From Spirulina sp. (GTDB taxonomy: Bacteria > Cyanobacteriota > Cyanobacteriia > Phormidesmidales > Phormidesmidaceae), in contig JBIPSI010000046.1 of assembly GCA_044070495.1 (NCBI GenBank), forward strand, positions 1 through 29,857: a stretch of DNA of 29,857 bases, read 5' to 3'. The notes below the pieces were generated by a model. The model made no database searches. It worked only from the letters and a program-made list of their open reading frames with translations, and had not been told where the DNA came from. The stretch's first letter is position 1. Each line of letters opens with the position of its first letter. Below, piece after piece: positions 1-9,834 of this stretch. The position numbers and the translations under genes were made by a program.

Positions 1-76
1 CGTTGTCGAAATCCGGACAAGCTATCGTAAGTCATAAGCCTTTGCCGAGATTGGTTGTGCTTTCTCAGCTTCGGCT

Positions 77-111
77 AAAAAGCAGCCCGAGCAAGACTCG
101 GGCTGCTTTTT
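77..111. terminator. Intrinsic terminator hairpin, potentially bidirectional
   Basis: Perfect inverted repeat AAAAAGCAGCCCGAG-caaga-CTCGGGCTGCTTTTT, giving a U-tract on both strands. It probably ends a gene entering from the left edge (+ frame reads ...VVEIRTSYRKS*, stop at 35-37), which cannot be identified. Confidence 0.8.
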
Positions 112-305
112 CCTTTGGCCTTAGTCTAAACTCCAGTTAGAGAAATCGGGGCACTGTGGTAGTGACCCTGGGGAGACCGAGGCATCGGTGGGTTCATCGT
201 GACCGGAGCCTCGACTAGGGTGGAGATTAGCGCTGGACGGGCCATCGGGCCTAAAATGCGGAGGGAATTTGCCCCGGCATGGTCTAACTCCGGCATGATC
301 GAACG

Positions 306-1673
306 ATGGTGAACGAACCAATGGCTGCGATGGAAACCCCAATCATCGATACATTGCTGAAGCAAGGCGTGCAGTTTGTGCGGGTGGTGTGGTGCGACAA
401 CGGCAACGTGATTCGCGGCAAGGCGATTCATGTGGGGGCCTTGGCGGGGCTGGAGGATGTGGGGGTGAGCCTATCGGCGGCGCAGCAGGCGGTGCCGGTG
501 ACGGTGGATGGAGTGGCAGCGGGCAGTGGCCTTGGCCCGGTGGGGGAGGTGTGGCTGCGGCCCGATTGGTCTACCCTGCGGACGTTGCCCTATGCCCCTG
601 GCCATGCGCGGGTGGTGGGCGACATGGTGAGCCAAGGGCAACCCTGGCCCTGGTGTGGGCGGCAGTTTTTGCGACGCATGGTGCAGCAGGCAGCGGAGGC
701 GGGCTATCACATCCAGGCGTCCTTCGAGCCAGAGTTTTATTTGCTGAACGGGCAAACCCTGGGCCTCATTCCGGCGGATCAGACCCCCTTTGCCGCCACC
801 TTGGCCATGGATATCCACAGCGAGGTGATTAATGCCATCGCCGCCGCCCTGATCGATCAGGGCCTCGTGGTGGAGCAGTACTACCCTGAATCTGGCCCTG
901 GGCAGCAGGAGATTTCCGTGCGCTACACCGACGCCCTGGGCGCAGCGGATCAACAGTTGGTCTACCGAGAAACGGTGAAGGCGGTGGCGCGGCAGCATGG
1001 CTGGCGGGCCTCCTTTGTGCCGAAGATCTTCGCCCAGGCGGCGGGGAGTGGTTGCCATCTGCACCTCAGCCTGTGGCAAACCAATGACCAGGGCGAGGCC
1101 CAGAACCTCACCGGGGATGCCCAGGGAGGTCTTTCTGCCGCCACGGCTCACTTTATGGCGGGGGTGCTGCATCACCTGCCCGCCCTCATGGCCCTGACGA
1201 CGCCTAGCCCCAATTCCTACCGTCGTTTGCAACCCCAAGCCTGGAGCGGAGCCTACCGCGCCTGGGGGTTCGACAACCGGGAAGCGGCCCTGCGGGTGCC
1301 CAGCCACCCCACCCTGCCTAGCCCCACCCACTGGGAACTGAAAACCCTGGACGGTGCGGCCAATCCCTACCTGGCCCTGGGGGCGGTGATGGCGGCGGGG
1401 TTAGACGGCCTGCGGCGGCAATTGCCCCTGCCCGATCCAGTGGCGGTGGATCCGGCTACCCTGTCTGAGGATCAGCGGCAGGCCCTGGGCATCGACCGTT
1501 TGCCCACCAGCCTAGAGGCGGCGGTACAAGCCCTAGAACAAAATCCCGTGCTGGCCCAGGCTCTCGGATCTGAACTCACCCAAACCCTGATTGCCGTACG
1601 CCGCACCGAAATCCAAGCCCTCGCCACCCTCACCCTAGAGGAGGAAGCGGCTCTGCTGCTGGAGCGCTACTAA
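306..1673 (+). CDS. Glutamine synthetase family protein (GS-like gamma-glutamyl ligase, not canonical GlnA)
   Basis: GS motifs FEPEFYLL, YPESGPGQQEI, GSGCHLHLSLW, NSYRRL, WGFDNREAALRVP, ELKTLDGAANPYLA. True start may be a slightly later Met. Confidence 0.9.
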   Translation: MVNEPMAAMETPIIDTLLKQGVQFVRVVWCDNGNVIRGKAIHVGALAGLEDVGVSLSAAQQAVPVTVDGVAAGSGLGPVGEVWLRPDWSTLRTLPYAPGHARVVGDMVSQGQPWPWCGRQFLRRMVQQAAEAGYHIQASFEPEFYLLNGQTLGLIPADQTPFAATLAMDIHSEVINAIAAALIDQGLVVEQYYPESGPGQQEISVRYTDALGAADQQLVYRETVKAVARQHGWRASFVPKIFAQAAGSGCHLHLSLWQTNDQGEAQNLTGDAQGGLSAATAHFMAGVLHHLPALMALTTPSPNSYRRLQPQAWSGAYRAWGFDNREAALRVPSHPTLPSPTHWELKTLDGAANPYLALGAVMAAGLDGLRRQLPLPDPVAVDPATLSEDQRQALGIDRLPTSLEAAVQALEQNPVLAQALGSELTQTLIAVRRTEIQALATLTLEEEAALLLERY

Positions 1674-1728
1674 TCGCAACCCATTTTTCTAGGCACTCAT
1701 CGCGACTGATTTTCCTAGGCCAACATCA

Positions 1729-1911
1729 GTTCGGTTTAAGCTCAGTGACTCAATCCCCTTGAGCCCTCACCCCCAGCCCCTCTCCCACGAGGAGAGGGGA
1801 GCTAGAAAAGTTCAAAGTCCCTCTCCCCAAGGGAGAGGGATTTAGGGTGAGGGCTAGGGTGCAAGCCGGAAGCAGGTTTCTAAAGATTGCAGTACTTGGC
1901 TTAACCCGAAC
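1729..1911 (+). repeat. Structured dispersed repeat, copy E1 (MITE/REP-like, multi-stem)
   Basis: Outer IR GTTCGGTTTAAGC (1729-1741) / GCTTAACCCGAAC (1899-1911), 12/13 match. Core 1762-1855 AGCCCTCACCC..CCTCTCC..GGAGAGG..CAAAGT-CCCTCTCCC..GGGAGAGGG-ATTTA-GGGTGAGGGCT is shared with 6314-6411, 13245-13341 and 22918-23178. Confidence 0.9.
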
Positions 1912-1916
1912 GGAGT

Positions 1917-3083
1917 TTAGGCCACGGGCTGGGCGGTTCGTAGGGCTTGGATCGTGGCGATCACGCCATCGGCCACCTGTTCAATTTCATCGGCGGTGGT
2001 GAAGCGGCCCATGCCAAAGCGGAGGGTGGCGTAGGCGAGGTCGTCGCTGTGGCCGAGGGCTTTGAGGACGTGGGAGGGCTGGCGGCTGGCGGAACTACAG
2101 GCCGACCCAGAGGAGATCGCCACCAGGGATCGCAGGCCCAACAGCAGGGCTTGGCCATCGACCCCTTTTACGCTGAGGTTGAGGTTGCCTGGTAGCCGCT
2201 GGCTGGGGTGGCCGTTGAGGAAAATCCCGTCGCAGACCTGTAACCTGGCCCAGAGGTAATCGCGCAGCCCCTTGAGGCGTGGGGTTTCCGCCGCCATTTC
2301 CGCGAGACCCAGTTCCACCGCCTTAGCAAAGCCGACGATCTGGGGCGTGTAGAGGGTGCCGGAGCGCATTCCCCGTTCGTGGCCGCCGCCATGCTGTTGG
2401 GGGGCGAGAGTCACCCTAGGATCGCGCCGCCGCACGTAGAGGGCACCGATGCCCTTGGGGCCATAGACCTTGTGGGCGGTGAGGGACATCAAATCCACCG
2501 CCATGGCCTGCACATCCAGGGGCACCTTGCCGATGGCCTGGGCCGCATCGCTGTGAAATAGCACCCCCTTGGCCCGACAGCGCTGACCAATTTCCGTCAG
2601 GGGTTGCAGCACGCCGATTTCATTATTAGCCGCCATCACCGAGACCAAAATGGTGTCTTCCCGCAGGGCGGCCTCTAGCTCATCGAGATTCACTAACCCG
2701 TTGGCCTGCACGGGTAGGGTGGTGATCTCAAAGCCGAGGCTGGCCAGGTAGGTACAAGGATCGAGGACAGCATTGTGCTCGGTTTGTACCGTAATTATGT
2801 GTTTGCCCCGGCTGAAATAAGCCTCGGCTACGCCCTTGATGGCGAGATTGTTAGCCTCCGTGGCCCCGCTGGTGAAAACAATTTCCTCCGGGCTGGCGTT
2901 GATGGCGGCGGCGAGGGTGTCGCGGGCCTGCTTCACCGCCGCCTCTGCTTCCCAGCCATAGATATGGTTGCTGCTAGCGGCATTGCCAAACCGCTCGGTA
3001 AAAAACGGAATCATCGCCTCCATCACCCGTGGATCGACTGGGGTGGTGGCGTGGCCATCGAGATAAATCGGTCGCTGGGTCAT
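1917..3083 (-). CDS. iscS: Cysteine desulfurase, IscS/NifS family
   Basis: YLDGHATTP, FTSGATEANN, PLP-lysine motif TAHKVYGPKG, catalytic SSGSACSS. Confidence 0.92.
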   Translation of the reverse strand: MTQRPIYLDGHATTPVDPRVMEAMIPFFTERFGNAASSNHIYGWEAEAAVKQARDTLAAAINASPEEIVFTSGATEANNLAIKGVAEAYFSRGKHIITVQTEHNAVLDPCTYLASLGFEITTLPVQANGLVNLDELEAALREDTILVSVMAANNEIGVLQPLTEIGQRCRAKGVLFHSDAAQAIGKVPLDVQAMAVDLMSLTAHKVYGPKGIGALYVRRRDPRVTLAPQQHGGGHERGMRSGTLYTPQIVGFAKAVELGLAEMAAETPRLKGLRDYLWARLQVCDGIFLNGHPSQRLPGNLNLSVKGVDGQALLLGLRSLVAISSGSACSSASRQPSHVLKALGHSDDLAYATLRFGMGRFTTADEIEQVADGVIATIQALRTAQPVA

Positions 3084-3200
3084 GGCTGGTTTTCTCTTTA
3101 CCGGAGGAAGACCTCCCCTATGCTCTGATGATATAGCGGTTCCACGGTTGTGGAAGGATGGCTATGGTCACCTGTAACCGCATTGAATGGGAGATTTGTC

Positions 3201-3542
3201 ATGAATCGATGGGTACTGCGGATCGGGCTGGTAGGGTTGGTGAGTGTTTTGGTGCTGTTGGTGGGGCCAAGTCCGGCGGCGGCGGCCTTGGCTTGCCAGA
3301 CCGTGGGAGACCATCGGCTGTGCTTGGAAACGGCAAAGCGAAGCGCCAAATATTTTTGGCAGTACCAGGCGGCGGTGACGGTGGATGGACAGCCGTTGCC
3401 TATTCAGCGCTACGACTGTCGGCCCCAGGCCCCAGCACCCTCGATAGGCATAGAACCTGGGGACACCTCGGCAAGAGACTCTACCCTGGCAGCGGCGGAA
3501 ATTCAGGGCTTTGTGTGTCGAGCGGTGACCCCTCGACGTTGA
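3201..3542 (+). CDS. Small exported hypothetical protein
   Basis: ATG at 3201 gives a signal-peptide-like N-terminus (MNRWVLRIGLVGLVSVLVLLVGPSPAAAA), then four Cys and KRSAKYFWQY. Confidence 0.7.
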   Translation: MNRWVLRIGLVGLVSVLVLLVGPSPAAAALACQTVGDHRLCLETAKRSAKYFWQYQAAVTVDGQPLPIQRYDCRPQAPAPSIGIEPGDTSARDSTLAAAEIQGFVCRAVTPRR

Positions 3543-3672
3543 GGGTTAGATTTAGCACCCACCCCCACCACCCAGCCGTCCAACTGTTGAATCGATCCCT
3601 CGCCCCCGCAACCCAGCCTCCTTACAGTAGAGTGGGGCTGGGAGTGAATGGAAAGGGTCTCACCGCAGGGGC

Positions 3673-5058
3673 ATGGTTTCTGGATATGTTTTGATACTGG
3701 CGATGCTGGTACTGGGGGGAATCATTGCCACCGTCGGTGATCGCATCGGCACGAAGGTCGGCAAGGCTCGCCTCAGCCTGTTTAATCTGCGCCCCCGCCA
3801 GACGGCCACCCTGGTCAGCATTGCCACGGGCAGCGTGATTTCCGCCTCCACCCTGGCCATTTTGTTTGGCATCAGCAGCCAGCTCCGTACCGGGGTGTTT
3901 GAACTGGGGCGCATCCAGGCGGATTTGACCAACGCCGAAGATCAGCTCGCCCAGGCCCTCGCGGAGCAGGAGGGGGTGCGGGAGGATTTGCAAGCCGCCT
4001 CCACGGAACGGCAGCGAGCCTTGGCACGGCTACGGGAAATTAATCAATCCCTTGATGAGGCGGTGGAGCAGCAGGAGCGCACCGAAGCCCAACTGCAAGG
4101 CACCCGCGACCAACTGGCGGCGGTTTCGGAGCAGGCCGCCGCGCTGCGACAATCCACCGATGCCCTGCGATCCGAACGGGATCGCCTGGTGCAGCAGCAG
4201 GCCACCATTCGCGCCCAAATTGCCGACCGAGATGCCGCCATTGCCGACCTTGACCAAGCCATCGCCGAACGCGATACCGCCATTGCCGAGCGAGAACAAC
4301 GGCTGGCCGACCTGCAAACCCGGCAAAACCTGCTAGCCCAACAGGTCAGCGACCTAGAAAGCCAATACCAGGGACTCTTTCAGGGCAGCATTGTGCTGGG
4401 GCGAAACCAAGAACTAGTATCCAGCGTGGTCACCATTGACAACCGTAGCGAAGCGCGGGAAGCCGTCAATCAGCTTCTCGCAGAGGCTAACCGTCGCACC
4501 ATTCAGGCCATCGCCCCCGGCACCTCCCTGGATCAGCAAACCATTGCCATTGGCAACCAGGAGGTAGAACGCTTAATTGATCGACTAGCCGTAGGGGGCG
4601 AGTTTGTGATTCGGATTCTGTCCGCCGCCAACTATGTGATTGGTGAACCCTGCGTTGTGAATGGTGCAGAACCCTGTATTCGGGTGTTTGTGGACGCTGG
4701 CCCCAATGCCCTGGTCTATCCCCAGGGGGCACTGATCTCCAGCGTGGCCCTAGAAACCGCCACCCGCAGCGACCAAGAACTGGTGGAGCGCATGAATGTG
4801 CTGCTAGCGGCCACCCAGTTTATCGCCAGCCAGAACGGGGTAATCGAAGACGACATCATCATTGCCGACAACCGCACCGACACCCTACTGCGCTTCCTCA
4901 CCGCTGTGCAGCAGGAAAACCAACCCCTCGATTTGCAAACCGTCACCCTTACAGAGGTCTACGCGGCAGGCCCGATTCAAGTGGATTTGGTGGCGGTTCG
5001 CAATGGCCGTAGACTCTTTAGCACCCGAGACTTTGTTGACTCTGGGCTCAACTTTTAA
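3673..5058 (+). CDS. DUF3084-type membrane-anchored coiled-coil protein
   Basis: N-terminal GGIIATVGDRIGTKVGKARLSLFNLRPRQTA, two hydrophobic helices, long heptad-rich region. Confidence 0.85.
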   Translation: MVSGYVLILAMLVLGGIIATVGDRIGTKVGKARLSLFNLRPRQTATLVSIATGSVISASTLAILFGISSQLRTGVFELGRIQADLTNAEDQLAQALAEQEGVREDLQAASTERQRALARLREINQSLDEAVEQQERTEAQLQGTRDQLAAVSEQAAALRQSTDALRSERDRLVQQQATIRAQIADRDAAIADLDQAIAERDTAIAEREQRLADLQTRQNLLAQQVSDLESQYQGLFQGSIVLGRNQELVSSVVTIDNRSEAREAVNQLLAEANRRTIQAIAPGTSLDQQTIAIGNQEVERLIDRLAVGGEFVIRILSAANYVIGEPCVVNGAEPCIRVFVDAGPNALVYPQGALISSVALETATRSDQELVERMNVLLAATQFIASQNGVIEDDIIIADNRTDTLLRFLTAVQQENQPLDLQTVTLTEVYAAGPIQVDLVAVRNGRRLFSTRDFVDSGLNF

Positions 5059-5101
5059 TCCTAAATCCGGCTTGTTGGCCCCCGATATCAACGGGTAATG
5101 A

Positions 5102-6268
5102 CTAGGGCTGTAGCTCGCGCAAGATGCCCAGGGCGGTTTTCTGGGCCGCCGTCCAGCTTAGGCGGTGCTGAAAGGTGTGCCAAGCCGTATGGGCCAGGGC
5201 TTGGTAGCGAGGATAATCGGCCATGTAGACGGCAATAAAGTCCCCATATTCAGCGGCGGCGGCACCGAGGGAGAAGGCGCACCCATTCACATCGGCTTGC
5301 AGCACCGTGGGAATGCCCCCCACCGCCGAGGCCACGGCGGGCACCCCGGCGGCATTGGCTTCGCTAATGGCCACCCCAAAGGTATCGGCCTGGGTCGGCA
5401 AAATCAAAAAATGGGCTTCCCCCAGCAGGCGATCAAACTGGGCCTCGCCCTCGGCGGTGGCTCGATCCACAAACCCATAGACCTTCACATAGTCCGGCAA
5501 GGGGCCTTCGTGCTGGGGTTGGCAACCCACCACCCAAAGTTCTGTGGGCAAACCCTGTTGGTTCAAATAGTCCGCGACGGCCAGGGCCAGGGGGCCACCC
5601 TTGCGCTCCCACTGCACCCCCACAAACAGCAGGCGACAGGGTAAGGGCGGACGGGCCTGAATCAGCGCCGCCACCTCTGCCTCGGCGCGATCCACCGCTC
5701 GGCTGGCCCCCCTGGGAATAATCCGCAGCTTGTCGGGAGCAATGTTGTACAGGCTCAGGGCAGACTGCACCGCCCATTCTGAGGTGAGAATCACCCGGTC
5801 GCAGCGGTCGAGAGCGGCCTGTTCGGTGGCATGGAGGTGGCGCTGGGTTTCTCGACACAGATTGGTGAGGTAGGGATAAAAATCCACCAAGCTGCCCAGT
5901 AGCGCATCTGTCCACAGCACCGTGGGCAGGTCGGTGTTCACCTGGGCCAGGGGAATGGCATTTTCGGGGCACAGCAGCAGATCCGCCCCCGACTGAGCCA
6001 GCTTGGCCCCTAGTTGCCGCCCGTAGGATCGGGATCGCCCTGGTTCTACGCCGCTGTAGTAGCTTTTCCCCAGCCGTCGATAGGCCATCCACTTTAGGCG
6101 CGTGACCGGATTTTTGCGGAGCGCCAGCGGCCCCAAAAAATCCAGTTCTACCCCCTCGGCCTGGAGCAATTCGGCAATTTTCTGCCCCGTGCCGTACAGC
6201 CCCAAATGGCGACGGGGCCAACTGGATCGATCTTGTACATCGTAGGTGGTTGCGTAGGCCACTTTCAT
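5102..6268 (-). CDS. Glycosyltransferase family 4 (GT-B)
   Basis: LLFVGVQWERKGG and ILPTQADTFGVAISEANAAGVPAVASAVGGIP motifs. Confidence 0.88.
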   Translation of the reverse strand: MKVAYATTYDVQDRSSWPRRHLGLYGTGQKIAELLQAEGVELDFLGPLALRKNPVTRLKWMAYRRLGKSYYSGVEPGRSRSYGRQLGAKLAQSGADLLLCPENAIPLAQVNTDLPTVLWTDALLGSLVDFYPYLTNLCRETQRHLHATEQAALDRCDRVILTSEWAVQSALSLYNIAPDKLRIIPRGASRAVDRAEAEVAALIQARPPLPCRLLFVGVQWERKGGPLALAVADYLNQQGLPTELWVVGCQPQHEGPLPDYVKVYGFVDRATAEGEAQFDRLLGEAHFLILPTQADTFGVAISEANAAGVPAVASAVGGIPTVLQADVNGCAFSLGAAAAEYGDFIAVYMADYPRYQALAHTAWHTFQHRLSWTAAQKTALGILRELQP

Positions 6269-6290
6269 CGCATCAGGTGTCCTAACAGGA

Positions 6291-6447
6291 TCAGTAGATC
6301 ACAAAGTCCCCGTAGCCCTCACCCCCAGCCCCTCTCCCAGGAGGGAGAGGGGAATTGGAAGTGATTCAAAGTCCCTCTCCCACGTTGGGAGAGGGATTTA
6401 GGGTGAGGGCTGGATCTCGGCAAAAGAGCATGTTTGTGATCTACTGA
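6291..6447 (+). repeat. Structured dispersed repeat, copy E2
   Basis: Perfect 15-bp outer IR TCAGTAGATCACAAA (6291-6305) / TTTGTGATCTACTGA (6433-6447) around the same core as E1. Confidence 0.9.
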
Positions 6448-6542
6448 GGATGCTTTGATTGTCCCATCCTCCATCACCGGATGGCCCACCCCGTTCGTGA
6501 TACAACCATTACGTACCTCTCAACGATTTTCCTGGCACGGCA

Positions 6543-7034
6543 ATGAACCCCATGGCGCTACGCATTGGCAACGGCTACGATATCCATCGCCTGGTGGAGG
6601 GGCGGCCCCTGATTTTGGGTGGTGTCACCCTGCCCCATTCCCACGGGTTGGATGGCCACAGCGACGCCGATGTGCTCACCCACGCAATTATGGATGCCCT
6701 GTTAGGGGCGCTGAGCTTGGGGGATATTGGCCTGTATTTTCCCCCCGGCGATCCCCAGTGGGCGGGGGCCGATAGCCTGAAGTTGCTGGCCCAGGTCAAC
6801 GCCATGGTGCAGGAACGGGGCTGGACAGTGTGCAATGTGGACAGCGTGATTGTGGCGGAACAGCCGAAAATGAAGCCCCACATTGAGGCCATGCGCTCCA
6901 AACTGGCAGCGGTGCTAGGTGTTGACCCCAGCCAAGTGGGAGTAAAAGCCACCACCAATGAAGGGCTTGGCCCCGTGGGTCATCAGGAAGGCATTGCCGT
7001 CCATGCCGTCGCCCTGTTAACCCAGGCCCAGTAG
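6543..7034 (+). CDS. ispF: 2-C-methyl-D-erythritol 2,4-cyclodiphosphate synthase
   Basis: [44 protein letters not shown]. Start may be the ATG at 6552. Confidence 0.97.
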   Translation: MNPMALRIGNGYDIHRLVEGRPLILGGVTLPHSHGLDGHSDADVLTHAIMDALLGALSLGDIGLYFPPGDPQWAGADSLKLLAQVNAMVQERGWTVCNVDSVIVAEQPKMKPHIEAMRSKLAAVLGVDPSQVGVKATTNEGLGPVGHQEGIAVHAVALLTQAQ

Positions 7035-7079
7035 TTCCTGATTTTCCCCGTAACCCTACCCCTAGCTTTTGGTGACCGC

Positions 7080-7763
7080 GTGGGCATACAGCCATTTATT
7101 GATGTGATATTGGGCGGGTTTGCGGCCCTGTTCCCGGTGGTGGATCCCGTGGGTGGGGTGCCCGTTTTTCTAATGCTCACCGCTGGGGTGCCTAAGGACT
7201 TGCGCCACCGCTACGCCTTTGCCATCGCCCGCAATGTGGTGGTGCTGCTGATTGGGGCGTTGCTGATTGGCGGCAGTCTGCTCGATTTCTTTGGGGTATC
7301 CCTAGCGGTGGTGCGGATTGCCGGGGGCATGGTGGTGTTCCACGCCGCCTGGAAAGCGATGAACTCCGACCCTAAGCTCAACGACGTAGACAACCAAGAC
7401 GTAGCCCAACGCCTCGACCAACACCGCGACATTTCCTTTATGCCCATGACCATTCCCCTGCTGGCGGGGCCGGGGGCCATTGCGGTGACGGTGGGGCTGG
7501 CGGCCCAATCTCGCACCGGATCGGCGTTGCCGTCGGGATTCCATCTGCTGGCGGCGGCGGCGGCCATTGCCCTGGTGGGGCTGAGCATCTTCCTAGCCCT
7601 GCGATCCTCCAGTCTGCTGCTGAAGGTGCTGGGGGCCAGCGGCATTCAGGCCATGAGCCGCCTGCTGGGGCTGTTTGTGATGGCCATTGGCGTGCAGCTC
7701 ATTTTGAATGGCCTCGCCGACTGGCTCACCTCCCTGAATCTCGTGCTGCCTTCGATGCCCTAG
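7080..7763 (+). CDS. MarC family integral membrane protein
   Basis: VVDPVGGVPVF, PMTIPLLAGPGAI, SRLLGLFVMAIGVQLI, about six TM segments; GTG start. Confidence 0.9.
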   Translation: MGIQPFIDVILGGFAALFPVVDPVGGVPVFLMLTAGVPKDLRHRYAFAIARNVVVLLIGALLIGGSLLDFFGVSLAVVRIAGGMVVFHAAWKAMNSDPKLNDVDNQDVAQRLDQHRDISFMPMTIPLLAGPGAIAVTVGLAAQSRTGSALPSGFHLLAAAAAIALVGLSIFLALRSSSLLLKVLGASGIQAMSRLLGLFVMAIGVQLILNGLADWLTSLNLVLPSMP

Positions 7764-9325
7764 ACCCCCTCTGGAGACGTGGCGGCATCCAACGCAGCCA
7801 CCACTTGGTCGTAAATTTCGTTGGCGTGGGCGGGGCTGGTGCCAATGCAGGTTAGCCCCAGTTTGCCGTATTCCGAAAGACAGCCCATCAGGTGAAAGGC
7901 GGCCCCTACACCCAAAATGGAGTTGAAATGCAGGCGATTGCTGACGATGATATCCATCAGGTCGCTGGGCAGTAGGCCTTGATACTGGGGCTTTTGCAGA
8001 TTATCGGAGGCCCGATAGTAGCGCACCTGTTCCTGTTTGGTGTAGAACAGGCCATCCGTGGGGTTAAAGCGGCCCTCGGTCAGCATTTTCATGGCCATCA
8101 GGGGATGGGTAGTGCCGCCCTTGCGTAGGTTGATTTCAATGGCCTGGAGATCCCAGGTGGGGGCGGCTGGATCGCCCTGGCGCACGGCAATGAAGTCTAC
8201 CCCGTAGCGCTCTAGGGCACCCTGGGCCGCCAGTTCTTCGCCAATGCGCTGGCCCATGGCCTGAATCGCCAGCCGATAGCCTGACTGGGCCGGAAAGGAG
8301 CAGCCCAGGAAAATTTGGCCATCGGGGCCGCCCAGTTCCTGGTCGTGGGTGGAGAGAATTTCTACGTCCCCCAAGGGCGTAATCCGTCCCTGAACACTGG
8401 GGGATTGCTTGTGGTCGCCCTCCACAAAGGCTTCGGCGATGGCCCCCAACTGATGAATTTTCTGGGAAAAGTGGGGCCAGGATTCGGTCTGGCACTGAAA
8501 GCTGAGGTCTCGGAGGGCATCCTGAAGCGTCTGGGTGCGGGTGGCATTGCCCACGGTGCCGGGGGCAATGGCGGCTAGGGGACGTAGGTCTAGGATGGCG
8601 TTGCCCTCGCCGGAAAAGCCCTCATCGAGCTTAATCACCATGCGTTGCAGGTCGGGCACCTGTTCCCACACATCGGCCACGGCGGCGGCTAAGTCTGCCT
8701 CCGAAAACACTAGATCGCTTCCCGGCGGGTGGGGGATGCCGCAGCGCCTAAAGATCTCCCGACTGCCGCTTTTGGTGCCCCAGCCCAGCAGGTCAGGATC
8801 CACCGCCAGCAAGGGCAAATCCAGTTCCAAGGACAGACGACGCTCTAGGGGAGTGGCGTTGTAGCAGGTGAGGTAGGCCCGTTGGGGATCCACCATGCGC
8901 CGAATCCGTTCTAGCAGCCGAGGCCGTTCCAGAATCTTTTGGGTGAGGGGCTTTTGGGAACTGTCGTAGGTGGCCAGCAGGGTCAGCCGTTCCCGCGCAT
9001 GGGAGCTGGGAATCCCCGGCAATAGTTCCAGGTAGTAGTCCACAATGCTGGGGTGCAGCGGCTGGGAGGTGAGGTAGGTAATGCGCGTTCTGGGGTTGCG
9101 GAGCCGAATCAGGGAAAACAGCAACCGCTCTTCGTAGTAGTTCACCCCCTCCACCTTTTGCAGTTCCTCTTGGTTGAGGCTGAGGGAGGGCACCACCACA
9201 ATCTGCCGCTCCTCGGTGTCAAAGGTATCGGCGGAACACCAGCGATCCCGCAACTGCCGCTGCAATTGCCGAAAGCGACTGTCCTGGGCCACGGGCGGCG
9301 ATACTGGCCATCGACTCGACACCAA
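7760..9325 (-). CDS. PGM1-related ATP-grasp (peptide/carboxylate-amine ligase) protein
   Basis: YEERLLFSLIRLRNP, VIKLDEGFSGEGNA, SPSVQ, STHDQ, GVDF, IEINLRKGGTTHP. Confidence 0.8.
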   Translation of the reverse strand: MVSSRWPVSPPVAQDSRFRQLQRQLRDRWCSADTFDTEERQIVVVPSLSLNQEELQKVEGVNYYEERLLFSLIRLRNPRTRITYLTSQPLHPSIVDYYLELLPGIPSSHARERLTLLATYDSSQKPLTQKILERPRLLERIRRMVDPQRAYLTCYNATPLERRLSLELDLPLLAVDPDLLGWGTKSGSREIFRRCGIPHPPGSDLVFSEADLAAAVADVWEQVPDLQRMVIKLDEGFSGEGNAILDLRPLAAIAPGTVGNATRTQTLQDALRDLSFQCQTESWPHFSQKIHQLGAIAEAFVEGDHKQSPSVQGRITPLGDVEILSTHDQELGGPDGQIFLGCSFPAQSGYRLAIQAMGQRIGEELAAQGALERYGVDFIAVRQGDPAAPTWDLQAIEINLRKGGTTHPLMAMKMLTEGRFNPTDGLFYTKQEQVRYYRASDNLQKPQYQGLLPSDLMDIIVSNRLHFNSILGVGAAFHLMGCLSEYGKLGLTCIGTSPAHANEIYDQVVAALDAATSPEGV

Positions 9326-9543
9326 CCCCTCCTAGGCGTCGCCCTAGTGCTTCCCTGGCATTACCCTGGAATTGAGTATAGAAGCATCGATCCCAAAAGG
9401 GAAACATCGCCCCCGGTCGGTGGTCTAGGTGAACGACCTAACCCCTGGCGAAAGATTCCAGGATTTTGGAAAAAAGTTTTCAACCTGTCCGGAAGCGCCC
9501 CGCCCCCCTCGTATTAGGTGAAGGTAGATGCACCCTGATTGTT

Positions 9544-9577
9544 AAACCCTGGGATACCTGGAGGGATCCCAGGGTTT
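9544..9577. repeat. Short palindrome of the AACCCTGGGAT family
   Basis: AAACCCTGGGAT (9544-9555) / ATCCCAGGGTTT (9566-9577), 12-bp perfect stem. The same motif recurs at 15244-15339. Confidence 0.7.
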
Positions 9578-9639
9578 TTCTTTGGTTCCTGGAATTCTTC
9601 TGTTGGGTGCCGAAAGCCATTGCGTCCCGCCCCAACTCT

Positions 9640-9677
9640 AAAACGCATTGACAATGTAAATACGTTTTGTCTAGGCT
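9640..9677 (+). promoter_or_regulatory. Sigma70-type promoter with overlapping palindromic operator for the TA locus
   Basis: TTGACA (9648-9653), 18 bp, TAGGCT (9672-9677). IR AAAACGCATTGACA-a-TGTAAATACGTTTT (9640-9668, 12/14) covers the -35 box. Confidence 0.65.
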
Positions 9678-9683
9678 GTGGGC

Positions 9684-9834
9684 ATGGATTCGTATAGCGC
9701 GGGATGCGGTGATTGGGTTAGATCGACGCTGGAATTTGCTGTACGTTGTCTTCATTGAGCGGGAAAACGACATCATTCGGATCATTTCAGCCCGTAAAGC
9801 GACTCGCAGGGAGTGGGAATTCTATGAAAGCTGA
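9684..9834 (+). pseudogene. BrnT-family toxin remnant (N-terminal half missing)
   Basis: Frame from 9697 reads ARDAVIGLDRRWNLLYVVFIERENDIIRIISARKATRREWEFYES* with the BrnT signature RIISARKA. The ATG at 9684 is out of frame and an in-frame stop lies at 9649-9651. Not in the ORF track. Confidence 0.8.

Noticed and set aside
121..305. Glutamine or guanidine riboswitch upstream of the GS-like gene
   Set aside because: Only a short GTTCATC resemblance; the other conserved segments and stems could not be found.
9746..9823. Extended N-terminus of the antitoxin in the ORF track
   Set aside because: This stretch is the BrnT remnant in another frame; the ATG at 9824 gives the usual TA overlap.
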